This document shows, in pieces, positions 12,540 to 25,429 of a stretch of DNA of 64,000 nt. Within the stretch, counting starts at the first letter, position 1; the number at the start of each line of letters is the position of its first letter. The notes under the pieces were generated by a model. The model had not been told where the DNA came from, ran no database searches, and saw nothing but the letters and a program-made list of their open reading frames with translations. The position numbers and the translations under genes are program-made. The stretch lies in the NCBI RefSeq assembly GCF_009914755.1, contig NC_060926.1; one strand, given 5' to 3'. Source of the DNA: the human T2T-CHM13v2.0 reference genome, Homo sapiens.

Positions 12540-14270
12540 GGGAAGTTGAAGTTATAGAGGGAAATAAGGAAGGAGATGTGGTTAGAGTGTGTGAAAGTGT
12601 GTGTGTGTGTTTTCAGTTGTAGGGGATGGTGTTCAATTTTATATAGCATGGTTGGGGAAGGCATCACTGGGAAGGTCCTATTTGAGCAAAGACTAGTAGG
12701 TGCTAAGGGAATGAGCCATGCAAATTTCTGGGAGGAAAGCATTTCAAGCAGAGATGAAAGCAAGTGCAAAGCCATGAGCTGGGAGTGTCTGGAGTGCTTG
12801 GCGAGAAGTAGCCATGTGAGAAAGTACAGGGCAGGAGACGACATGAGAGAAGGAAGTGAGGGGGGTGGGCAGACCTTGCAGGCCAACACAGGCCATGGCT
12901 CATACTTTGACTTTTCCTCTGAGTAAATAGAGAGTCACTGTAGAGTTCTGAGCAGAATAGTGACTCGACTGTTTTTGCGTTTCAAAGGAATCTGGCTACC
13001 ACATTGAGAATAAACTGAAGGAGGCCAAAAATTAAGCATGGAGACCAATTTAGACATTATTACCAGGGCTGGCTTCGTGGGCAGCCACACAAGGCTCCAT
13101 GCTAAGAAGGGCCCCACACATGGAGCCTAATGCTCTGCAGTCACCATCTTGATAATTTTAATAATTTGTGTTTGAATTTAGGTTTTGTAAGTGAAAGTCA
13201 TGGGACTGTGGAGCATGTTCTGGGTGCTCAGTGTCTGGTACTTCCTGCTGTGGATAGGTTCAACACTACCTGCACCCCTGCTCCCTGCCCAGGCCACTCA
13301 GTGCCCCCTTTTTCACCTTTTCCCAGCAACTATTGCCACCTTCCAACAGGGAGAATGCTGGGCTGCTGGTGGGAAGATGTCTGTGTTCTGCTGCCCTTAA
13401 GCCTGTCGGGGATTTGATCACAAGCTCAGGTCAAGTTGCAGTTAGGAATGCACCTCAGGCTGGAAGTGCCAAGGCAGGTGAGAGACTCAGTGGGAGAGAG
13501 CTTCTCACCCACCTCTAATCCAGGCATGTCAGGTGCAGAGTTCCAATGCTTTGGGGGGTTGACCTTCCACCAGTTTGGGTGGCAGGCTCATGGGAAGGGT
13601 AGATTGACTTCTCTGACCCCAATTGAGGGCAGGTTGCTTCAGTCCAGCAACTGGTGGGAAGGGGAATTTGGCAGTGGGGGATGGGGGCAGACATTATCTT
13701 CTGCTCTGAATCAGGGACACTCATATGGCTCTGTGTTTGCCCTGCAAGTGTTTCCCTGCTCCAATGAGTACAACATTAAATAGCAAATAAAAGCCATCAG
13801 ATCAGTAGACAGTTTGCATAAATAAGAAAAAAGCTATGTTGCATAATCTTTTAATGGCCCCTTTTTCCTGCTACTTAAACAAGTGTCTTCCTCTTTTTTT
13901 TAGAGACAGGTCTTGCTATGTTGCTCAGGCCGGTCTCCAACTCCTAGCCTCAAGGAATCTTCCAGTTTGAGCCTCTGGAGTAGCTAGGATTATAGGTGCA
14001 AGGCACTACTCGCAGCTGGGGCCTCAACATTATCAGTTTTGCACTGTACTTCATAAATTACTGGCCCTAGCAATTGCAGTAATCTAAGTGAATGATGGTG
14101 GCAACTTGAACCAGTGTGCTAATGGTAGAGGAGGTGAGAAATGATTGGATCCAAGATATATTTTGAATATAGAACAAAAAGGTCACTAGAGGTTATGACA
14201 TAGTGTATGAGAGAGAGAGGAAGGAATCAAGGATGGCTGTAAGGTTTTTCACCTGAGGAACTTGACATTA
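12540..14270 (-). mobile_element. L2 fragment interrupted by a DNA transposon
   Basis: L2-type text on both sides of 13064-14069 (gagttctgagcagaatagtgac...ggagaccaatt | attgcagtaatctaagtga...ggatccaagatatattttgaa). Confidence 0.65.
13064..14069 (+). mobile_element. hAT-Tip100 DNA transposon (MER45-like) carrying a minus-strand Alu monomer (~13894-14017)
   Basis: 5' cagggctggcttcgtggg...agaagggcccc...taatgctctgcagtcaccatcttga; 3' ggggcctc...ttttgcactg...ggccct. Confidence 0.7.
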
Positions 14271-15298
14271 TTTGTTGAATACATAAATGATGTGTCCTGT
14301 TATGTATCTGTTCATGAAACACATTGATGGTAATGAAGATGCAGTGGCAGAAGCAAATCATAGAAGTATTTCCTAGCGGTAGAAATATTAAGACTTGGTG
14401 ACAAAGATCATAAATTAAAGGAAAGGGAGTGAAACAACTAAGTCAGGAAAAATACTTCTAACTTAGGAAAAAAGAAGAAAAAGGAAGGAAATGGAAATAT
14501 TTAACAAATGGTATAAATTTCTAAGGAAGATAAGTTCAATTTTGGAAATGTTCACCTGAGGCTCCAAGAACCTACAGCCCAGGAGACCTTAGCTATAGGT
14601 TGTTGGGAATATGTGACAGGATCCTGAATGAGCACTCAGGACTAGGGATCTATGTTGAGGGCATCATATAAGTGTAAGCTGGAGTCACAAGAATGGTTAA
14701 CTCATCAATAAATGAATATGAGGAGAGATGTATACAGTATTGCAGAAGAGAGTTCCTTGTAAATGTGTAAGCTCATCCTCCATGCCTGGGATAAGAGTAC
14801 ATTCATTATGGTGCATGTGAAGGTATTGAGAAAACAACTTCCGCTTTCTGGCAGAGGTTAAGCTAGTCCCATAATAGCAATAGCAAGATTATAAGGGGAA
14901 ACTATGTTATTTGTACTGGGTCACAGATTTGTCTAATAGCAGTGGACCTGTGGGATTCTATAAACATCTTAGGTATAGAAAGGGATCCAGTGACTTTTAG
15001 AAAATCAGACTTATATCATATATCCCTTCTTAACTTGTAGCTCAGTGGTGCATTTCTTACCCTGGGGGAGAAATGGAACATGGACTATATTTAGTATTTG
15101 AAATCAGACACATGTGAATTTAAACTCTGGCTCAGAGTGGCAATGGCAAATTATTCAACATCCATACACCCTGATCACTCCCACATTTGAAAAGTGACAA
15201 CAATACTACTTCCTTCACAAATAATGCAAGGATCAATGAGATAACAAATCAAGAAGCCAGTAGTGTGCCACAATTTAGGTAGTGTTGACATTACATGA

Positions 15299-15770
<472 letters not shown>

Positions 15771-16483
15771 TGTTATTATTATTATTTCAAAGACCTTCTG
15801 ATCCTGGCTCTACCTGCTCATTCATGGGGAAGATGCCCAGACATTCAGATCTACTGTTCCACTGAGGAGTTTAGAGGCTGCTTTTTCTCCCCCATAAAAG
15901 AGAATGGGGACTGATGGAAAAATTTTAGGTAGAAGTCTTTGATGAAAAGAAGAAATGAGGAAAACTGAGCTGGAAATATTCAGGTATATCAAACAAGTGG
16001 AAATACCTCACCCTCATAAAGAGAACCATATCCTGGGAAATTTTCTTTCTTACCTGATTATTAAAATCCAGAATTGGAATTCTGTGATTCCAGTATAATC
16101 CATCCATCAAAACCAAACTACTATGTAATCAGATTAGAGGTGGCCTTCCTGCTGATGAGCCATTTAGAGACGGTTGAATGAGTTCTTGGAAGTCTGCTAA
16201 CATGCACTTAATACATCTGAAGATTTTAAAACGTTGCAGCAATGTATTGCCAGTCTACCTACAGTAAAATAAAAATGCTTCCATTAAAATACAGGTATAT
16301 TTCTTTTATATAGTTAACTTATTTTTCCTAGGAAAGTTAGATGTAAAGTGATTATCTATACACTGAATCATATTTCCCAGAGATCATCATAGTAAGATTG
16401 GTATGCATTTCTGTTAAAGAAAAGCAAAATGTGTCTTAGGACATAACAATCATTTAATGGAATATCTAAAGAATGTTGGTCAA

Positions 16484-19400
16484 GCATTTTGAACAAGATG
16501 AAGATGGAACCAGGGCTGGGTGTGGGCAGTAGACTGTTCCACCAGGAGCCAAAGATGACAGTGAATATACACTTGACATCAGTCACCAATGACAACCTAA
16601 TTCTACGTGGCATACTGGCCTGGATCAATGAGTCTCCTGAAGTTGAATTTGACAAAGATGGAACAATTGTGCTCAGGGGCTGCTTATTGTTGCTTTATGG
16701 TCATCCTCTTCCCTGGCTCCATTGCCTTGAAGAAGGTGAAATTCCATGAATACATTCATAACTTCAAAATACTACAAGCAGTATTTTTAAGAGGGTGGGT
16801 GATGACAAAGTAATTTCTGTGGACAATTAGGAAAAGGAAAGTTTCAGGACAATTTTGAATTCATTCAGTACTTTAAGAAGTTTTTTGATGCAAACTGCAA
16901 TGAAAAAGACTATAACCCTGTGGCTGCCGGACAAGGTCAAGAAACTGAAGTGGCTCCCTCTATTGTTGCTCCAGTTCTGAATAAACCGAAGTAACCTCTC
17001 AGCTCTAGCAATCCAGCTCCACATAGGACCATTTCCACAAATAACTGCAGCTTCTAAGGCTGCAGCTTCTAAGGCCCCAGGGTGGTATTAAAAAATCCTG
17101 GTGTGGGCAGTAGGAGTGCTGCAGGGTCAAATTGATGCTAGCAGGTCAGTGTATTGAAACTTGCCATTGAAGCCTTGGAGAAAGAGATTTCTACTTCAGA
17201 AAGCTAAGGAACAATGAATTGATTTGCCAGCAGAACGAGGGGCACAATGACCCTGTATTGCAGAGGACTGTAGACATGCTCTGTGCCACAGATGAAGACT
17301 TCGTGATATCCGATGAAAGGGGCCCACAGGAGGAACAAGAAGAGTTTTAACAACCCGAACCAGGAGAGCCTTATCCGAATTCTGCACTCCAAATCTTGTG
17401 CTTAACTGTTAAATACTCCCTTTTATTATTCTTAGAAGACTCACTGGTTTCTTTTTATGAGCATGAAGTACCTCTTTTTAAAGTGCATTTTGCAGAGTTT
17501 CACTCCTTTTTTGGTGAGTTTGAGTTGGGAGTTTTACTGTGCAGCAGAGCAACATTAACATCTGGTTAGTTCACCTGGGAAACAAAGAGGCTGAACATGG
17601 GGCTCACCATGTGCATGTAGGTAACATTGATTGCTGGAGAAGGTGTTTGGTAATATGCCGAAGTGGAGACCTTGGTACAGAAATGTGAAGACTGAATTGA
17701 ATTTTAACCTAATGTGAAATCTTGGTAGAGAATTTTGTAATAAGTTAATGCCTAAAGAATATTTAAAATATGCTTCCATATTCAAAATATCAAATGTAAC
17801 ACATCAGAACATCTTATGTGTTTGACATTGTATGTTGGAAGGAAGGGCCAGACATCAGAACCTTTGGAACCTGGTGTCATCACAGGCCTTACAGGGCTGC
17901 TTGCAACCTCACAGGCCTAGACTTTGGCCCCAAAGGAAAGTTCTAAATGTTGCTCTGTAAATCCATTTGGTGTCATTGACCAACTGCATCCCGGCTAAAA
18001 AGCAAGAGGTATTGTTGCCTGGATGAACACAGGGTGTGTTTCAGCCCTGAGATTTTTGGGTTGAAGAGCTCTATTTTCATTGAGGATTTCTCTGGAAATT
18101 TTTCCAATTATCTCTGAAATTTCTATGTATTACGCTTTTTTGGGAAATGAGGTGTGTCCAATTCTTTCATCTAACAACGCTTTTGGGGATTTGCTCACAT
18201 CTCTGAGATTTGAATGGAGGTTGTTTCCCATTTTACCATCCTTTAGTTTTACATTTAACATGTCACCAGTGGTGAATCCATAGAGGTCTGCAGCAAACTT
18301 GATCCTTGCCTCGTTGGAGGAAAGAATTTGGCTGAGGGGAAGAAGTAGGTTTAAGGTAGAGGGAGAGACCGAGGCAAGTTTTAGAGTAGGAGTAAGAGTT
18401 TATTAAAAAGTTTTAGAGCAGGAACAAAAGGAAGTAAAGTATACTTGGGAAAAGGCCAAGCAGGCAACTTGAGAGGTCCAAGTGCCCTGTTTGGCCCTTG
18501 ACTTGAAGTTTTATACATTGGCCTAGTTATGGCCTGGTTACGGCGTTTGCATCTCTCTTCCCTTTATTTTCTTTTGGAGCAGGCTGTACACATGTGCAGT
18601 GATCTGCCAGCACTTGGGAGGGGCAATATGTGCAGTGTGTTTACTGAAGTTGTGTGCATGCTCACTTGAGGCAATTTTCCTTTACCAGTAGAGTGTTCCT
18701 GAGAAGGTCATATGCCAGTTAAACTCTGCCATTTTGCCTCTTAATGTGCATGCTTGAGCTCACTCACCCAATTCCTGAGAACTTATCAGGAAGCCTCTGA
18801 TCACCAGGTTCAGGTGTTTTTTTTTTTTAAGCCATTAGGGGACTGTCTTTACCTGGTGCTGGCTAAGACCAATTATTATTTTAGACAGTTTAGTAACCAC
18901 CTGACCGTCATCTGATGGTTGCCTGACATTCCTGAGGGAGGGGCTCTCTACTGCCTTGCTCATGTCTGCCTAACTACCTACTCTAACATTGCTTCTCTTC
19001 TCTGCTCCCCTTGCCCACTGGGGACACCTCTTTGGGTTCTTAAAGTTTGCAGCTTGGAGTTGGAAGTGCAGCAGGCAGGTGGGCACACTGCAAATTCTTT
19101 GTGGACCTCTGGCAAAGGGAATAATCAGGGAAGGCTCTGGTTACCTCTGCAAAGCTGGGATGTTTTTGGTATCTGCTGTCCACAGCTCTCCAGTTCTCTG
19201 AATACTTTATCAGTACACTAATCTCTTAAGAGATAAAATTTATTAGTGTGTTGCTAAATGTTCATTTTCTTTTACAGAAAATACAGTACCATGTCTGAAT
19301 TATTCATATTTAAAATTTGTTATTCCTTAACTCTCCCTCATTTGATTTGTGCACAACCTATTCCATCCTTTTGTTTGGCAGAAGTTTGCAAAATATGTGT

Positions 19401-19759
19401 CACTCACTGAGATTGTTCAGCCCCTGATGAATTTGTATTGATTTGTGTCTGGTGATAGCTTGTCCTAAAATGTGTGTAAAAAGTAAACATTTTATAACAA
19501 AATTGTTGTTTAATGGATGCTTTGTGTGGAATTCAGAGAAAAATCCAGATTCAGTGATTAACAATGCCAAAAAATGCAAGTAAATAGCCATTGTTCAAAT
19601 GACAGTGGTGCTGTTTCTCTTTTGTGGTTTTTTAGACTTTTGTTACCTAAAATTCTGCTTTATTAGCAACTCATTTTTCACCTGATGTTTCTTGACAGGC
19701 TTTTTTTTTCTATTTTAAGTAGTTTCTAAATAATTTTTTTTTATTTCAAGAAAGAGAAA
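16484..19759 (+). pseudogene. MAPRE1P3: Processed pseudogene of MAPRE1 (EB1, microtubule end-binding protein): 5'UTR, CDS remnant 16555-17350, 3'UTR and degraded poly(A)
   Basis: Intronless, frameshifted EB1 peptides: [91 protein letters not shown]. 16-nt TSD aaagaatgttggtcaa (16468-16483) / aaagaatattgctcaa (19760-19775). The 'P3' suffix is from memory. Confidence 0.9.
18261..18988 (-). mobile_element. ERV1-class solo LTR (MER50-like) inserted in the MAPRE1 pseudogene 3'UTR
   Basis: Reverse strand starts tgttagagtaggtagttaggcagacatgagc...caggaatgtcaggcaaccatcag and ends ...ctggtgaca; pseudogene UTR resumes after it. Confidence 0.7.
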
Positions 19760-20033
19760 AAAGAATATTGCTCAATGCACCTAATATAAAAATAAACTAT
19801 AAAAAATAAGTTAGTTTCATATTGGAACTAAACCTAGCATTAAAAAAAAAAAACAGCTTTTCTCACCAGTAAACACTGAACGTGAGTTCTTCATATTCTA
19901 CTATTCTCTGTTTCTACTCTACAGCAGAAAAACACGTAAGTCTGGTTGTTCAGAACTGTCTCCCCATTATGGAAATTGTTAGTTACAGAAATGGGCTAGT
20001 GGATTCAGGTTAAAAAGAGAAGGATACATATAC

Positions 20034-20095
20034 ATGTGTGTGTGTGTGTGTGTGTGTACATATGTGTGTGTATATGCATATATACAAATATATAT
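20034..20095. repeat. (TG)n/(TA)n microsatellite
   Basis: tgtgtgtg...tatatgcatatataca. Confidence 0.85.
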
Positions 20096-21384
20096 CACAG
20101 CAAGTAACAATCAAAAAGTTGATAAGAAAATAGACTTGAACCTATGGAATAAGAAAGCTAGAATATCTGAAAAATAAGTATTCAAATAATATTTAGCAAA
20201 TCTTTTATTGGTTTATGTTTACATTACTGTAATGTACCAAAGAACCCAAAAAACTACAATTGTAGAACAGAACTTAAAAGGCCACTTCCAGAAAAAAAGA
20301 CTTTCCTTAGTGTTTTCAGCTTTCTTAATTCTTGGGCACAAAATTTTCTAAGTCTTTGCGCACTTATCCACAACCACTAATTACAATATAAACTAATATA
20401 AAATTATGTCCTCATCTATGAAATTTAATATGCCATTTTCTTAGTATAAATTTATTTCTAGAGCATGTATTATTAATGTGGATCTTTGTAGAAAAAAATT
20501 GTGGTACAATGTTTATTACTACATACCCTTATTTTTTTAAATTGTCTTATCTTTCATATAACTTTTTGCTGATGTCATCATGTGTAATAACATGATTTTT
20601 TAAAATTTTAATTTAGAAAAAATATATTCCTCTTGTATAAATGAGAAAACTAAAGGAAAAGAGTATCGAAAGGAAAACATTATAGAAATATCAGAATTTA
20701 GAATCCCAATTCTTAAGATTTTTTATTTTCTGACTACTTCAAATAATATCGTTTGCCTTTCTCATTATTCATGGGTCTTCCAAATATAGTGTCTGGCCTT
20801 AAAAGTTGTAACACAAAATCTTCTGTCTGAAATGTAGTACAACTGAATGAAATTTAAAACCTTCACGTAATATATGTCATATAGAACTCTCATAAAATAT
20901 CAGTATGATGTGATAACAAAGGTCAGAACAAATGGAAGAAAAACCAATGTATGATTTCTGAAAACCTTATCCTGGGAAATGAGAAACAGACTATAATTCT
21001 TTACTTACATCTACATTATGCAAAAGTATCTTTGATGTGAAAAAATACTCAGTGTTGTTCATTCGATGTTTTATATGTTTTGGTAAAACATTTTGTGTTC
21101 ACCCTTTTAAATATTCCAAGACACACTCACTGGCTAGAATCAATGGGAGAGAAAGAGGTGACTCTATAACTAATATAATGTTAAGGAAACTGCACATATC
21201 TTGGTATGTTTCTGATAGTGCATAATTCCAGAAAATGTCTTAAGCATTGCATAATTGTTAGAAACATGAAATCTGCAGCCAGCAAGCATGAGTTCCACAT
21301 CTGACCCTACTATTTCCAGTTGTGAGAACTTATTTGTATTTTAAACTACTGAATTTCAGGATGCCTCTGTTTATTCCTGTTTCT

Positions 21385-21700
21385 TTATTTTTTAAGTTGA
21401 CAGTATTTGTACATATTCATGGGGTACATAGTGATATTTCAATACATATAACATATACTGATCAGATCAGGGTTATTAGCACACCCATCATCTCAAACAT
21501 TTAGCATTTCTTTGTATTGGGAACATTCAATATCCTCCTCCTACCTATTTGAAGTTCTATAATATTGTTAAGTATAGTCATCCTACAGTGCTATAGAAGC
21601 TATAACTTATTTCTCCTGTCTAGCTGTAATTTTGTATCCTTTAACAAATCTCTCCCTATCTTCCCCAGCCTCTAGTATCCTTTGTTCCATTTTTTACTTC
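21385..21700 (-). mobile_element. L1MA-type 3' end
   Basis: tgtacatattcatggggtacatagtgatattt...catcatctcaaacattt...ctccctatcttccccagcctctag. Confidence 0.8.
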
Positions 21701-22035
21701 TTCCTCATGTTTTAAAGGGAAATGATTACAGTATCTATTTCATTAGGTTGCTATAAGGAATAAATGGTTTCATAGCTCTTAAAATAGTGCTTGACAAAAG
21801 TAGGTACTATGTGTAGATTTTTATTAAAAAAAGTAGATACTATGTGTTATTATTATGACTAATCTTCTCCCAAAAATATGTTTGGTAAATCATTTCATAA
21901 ATTTGTTTATTCTTAATTTATTTTGAATTAGAATCATTTGTATAACAAGTTGGTATATTGCTGAGCACATCTGTAAAGTAAGACCTGAATATGGATTTGA
22001 TAATTGAAGTTGACACTCATCATAGAGATTTATGA

Positions 22036-23052
<1,017 letters not shown>

Positions 23053-23624
23053 TGAGAAATGCTTCTGTACCACAATGATAACCCTGACTACTCATAGGTT
23101 TCAAATGAGGACTCTTCCGTGTTTCAAGGCTACAGCATGTGGCTTAGGAGAGGCCAATCAAAGACGGCATTACCCTGGACAGAGTAATTACTTCAGGATG
23201 GGCATGTGACCCACCAGGTGTCAGTGAGATGCAATGAGTTTTTCGGAGTCTTTCTTCCCACTGAATTGAGGTCTGGAAGGTTGGGAGGCTAGAGCTGCTA
23301 CAGCATCTAGCTGTAGGGAAGCTACGGCTAAGAGAAGAATCTTTAGGAAACTTATCACTATGAAAGTCAGAACAAAAGGATACAGCATAACTATGAGCTG
23401 GTAACATCAGCTGAGCTCTTGAATCATTATATGCCTAAGACTAGCCCTGGACAAACCATGAACCAATAAACTCCTGTCTTTATTTATTTTTTACTTCAAT
23501 TAGTTTGAGACATCTTTTTCTCTTACAATCAAAAGTTATCTGCTAAAGTGACTAAAATATTATTTTGGGCTACATCTTCCCCTTGCTCATTTCCAACAAA
23601 CACATTTTCTTCTTTTCTCCAAAT

Positions 23625-23890
23625 CCTTTATTTTAGATTCAGTGGGTACCTGTGCAGGTTTGTTATGATGGTATATTGCATGATGCCAAAGTTTGAGGGC
23701 ACGATTGAACCCACCACCCAGGTAGCAAGCATAGTACCCAATAGGTAGTTTTTCAACACTTGCTTCCCCCACCCTATACCCCCTTATAGTCCACGGTGTC
23801 TCTTGTTCCCATGTTTATGTCCATGTGTACCCAATGTTTAGCTCCCACTTATAAGTGAGAAGATGTGGTATTTTGTTTTCTGTTTTTGCC
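23625..23890 (-). mobile_element. L1PA/PB-type 3' end
   Basis: gtacctgtgcaggtttgtta...gtacccaataggtagttttt...agctcccacttataagtgagaa. Confidence 0.85.
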
Positions 23891-24029
23891 CAACAAATAC
23901 ATTTTCCAATGAAAATGATGAAGCCAGAAAGTATGAAATACATTGATTTAACAATTAGAACTGTTCTAATTATAATTGATACCGGTGCCTGTTTTCTTTT
24001 TATGATTGAGTAATGATCACAGATTTTTG

Positions 24030-24230
24030 CTATCAGATTTTGAGTTTGAATCCTGCCTGTATGATCTTAGGAGACTTTTCCTAATCTCAGTGTATGTCCT
24101 TACTTCAGTTTGCAAATAAGGATAATGAAAGCACTTATCCAATAGGGTTGTGTGGAGGTTGAAATAATACAGGGCAAATGTCTTAGCCAAGTGACTGGCA
24201 CTTAGTAAGTCCTCAAATCTTCACTATGAT
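24030..24230 (+). mobile_element. MIR
   Basis: gagtttgaatcctgcct...gcaaataagggataat...atagggttgtgtggagg...ggcacttagtaagtcctca. Confidence 0.7.
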
Positions 24231-24596
24231 ATTAATTGAAAGCCTAGCATTCACAATCTCACTGGTTTATCAGTTCTTTTTTCTGGTTGCTTTTTAGTGA
24301 CTTAAATCAGAGATAAATAAGATTGGTGTCTCACTGGGTTAATATTTTTTCTGGAGAGAGTTAACTTGTGTGGCACAGGCCATCTCTTTATTGAATTAGC
24401 AAAGAACTACATTGGATTTAAGATTATCTGGGGCTGAGGCTAATATCAAATCCTACTCTATGTTTGTAGTTCCTTGGCTACAAGCCTACATACGGTAATT
24501 GCTGTTTAATATGAATTTTTATTTTTAACCCTTACATATAGTAAGGGTTAATTGCTATTTAATATGAGTTTTTATTTTTAACCCTTCCCTATTTAC

Positions 24597-24940
24597 GTCA
24601 TGCTTTGCTTAAGGACCAAGATATATTCTGAGAAATGTGTCATTAGGTGATTTTTGTCATTGTGTGTACCTCATAGAGTGTACGTAAAACCTAGATGGTA
24701 GAGCCTATTACACAACTAGGTTACATGGTATAGCCTATTGTTCCTAGGCTACAAACCTATACTGGATGTTACTGTACTGAATACTACAGGCAATTGTAAT
24801 GCAATGGTATTTGTGTATCTAAACACGTCTAAACATAGACAAGGTACAGTAAAAAATATGGTATTATAATCTTATGCGACCACTGTCATATATGTGATCT
24901 GTCATTGACCAAAAATGCCATTAAGCAGTGCACTACTGTA
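24597..24940 (+). mobile_element. Tigger3a/MER7-type TcMar DNA transposon
   Basis: ttctgagaaatgtgtcattaggtgatt...cctagatggtagagcctatt...cctaggctacaaacct...actgta end. Confidence 0.8.
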
Positions 24941-25029
24941 CTTTCTCTTTACTTTAAATTTGAATTCTTTATATGGGTTGAATGACTTTCTGACATAGCA
25001 AATAAAAAGCATGAGGAGAAGCATTATCT

Positions 25030-25297
25030 GTTAACAAAATTAACACTTAAAATCAACAAAGTTTTAATGTTTCGTTCCAAGAAAAGCCTGTGGAAGATCA
25101 GTTCCACAACTGAGAGCTTTGGGCTGCTTCAGACATATGTCTGTGTGTACGCTGTGAAGGTGTTTCTCTTCACAGTTCCCCGCCCTCTAGTGGTAGTTAC
25201 AATAATGCCATTTTGTAGTCCCTGTACAGGAAATGCCTCTTCTTACTTCAGTTACCAGAATCCTTTTACAGGAAGTTAGGTGTGGTCTTTGAAGGAG

Positions 25298-25334
<37 letters not shown>

Positions 25335-25429
25335 TTTTTTTTTTTTTAAAGCATGATGGAATTTTAGCTGCAGTCTTCTTGGTGCCAGCTTATCAATCCC
25401 AAACTCTGGGTGTAAAAGATTCTACAGGG
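25030..25429 (+). other. SCN2A: Proximal non-coding first exon / 5'UTR of SCN2A (start approximate)
   Basis: Unique sequence ending in donor CAGGG|GTAATG at 25429/25430, 1.6 kb upstream of the acceptor at 27066/27067. It matches my recollection of the SCN2A mRNA leader with its A-run/T-run. Confidence 0.75.
25178..25220 (-). promoter_or_regulatory. CTCF-type motif with adjacent YY1-like and ACTACA-like motifs in the proximal promoter/exon 1
   Basis: CGCCCTCTAGTGG (25181-25193) is the reverse complement of CCACTAGAGGGCG, a close match to the CTCF core. GCCATTTT is at 25207-25214 and TTGTAGT at 25213-25219. Confidence 0.6.

Noticed and set aside
21634-21683. Two GTATCCTTT (U12 donor consensus) 41 nt apart, resembling a tandem U11-binding enhancer
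   Set aside because: Both lie in an antisense L1 remnant with no nearby exon or U12 branch site; most likely chance drift from the L1 consensus.
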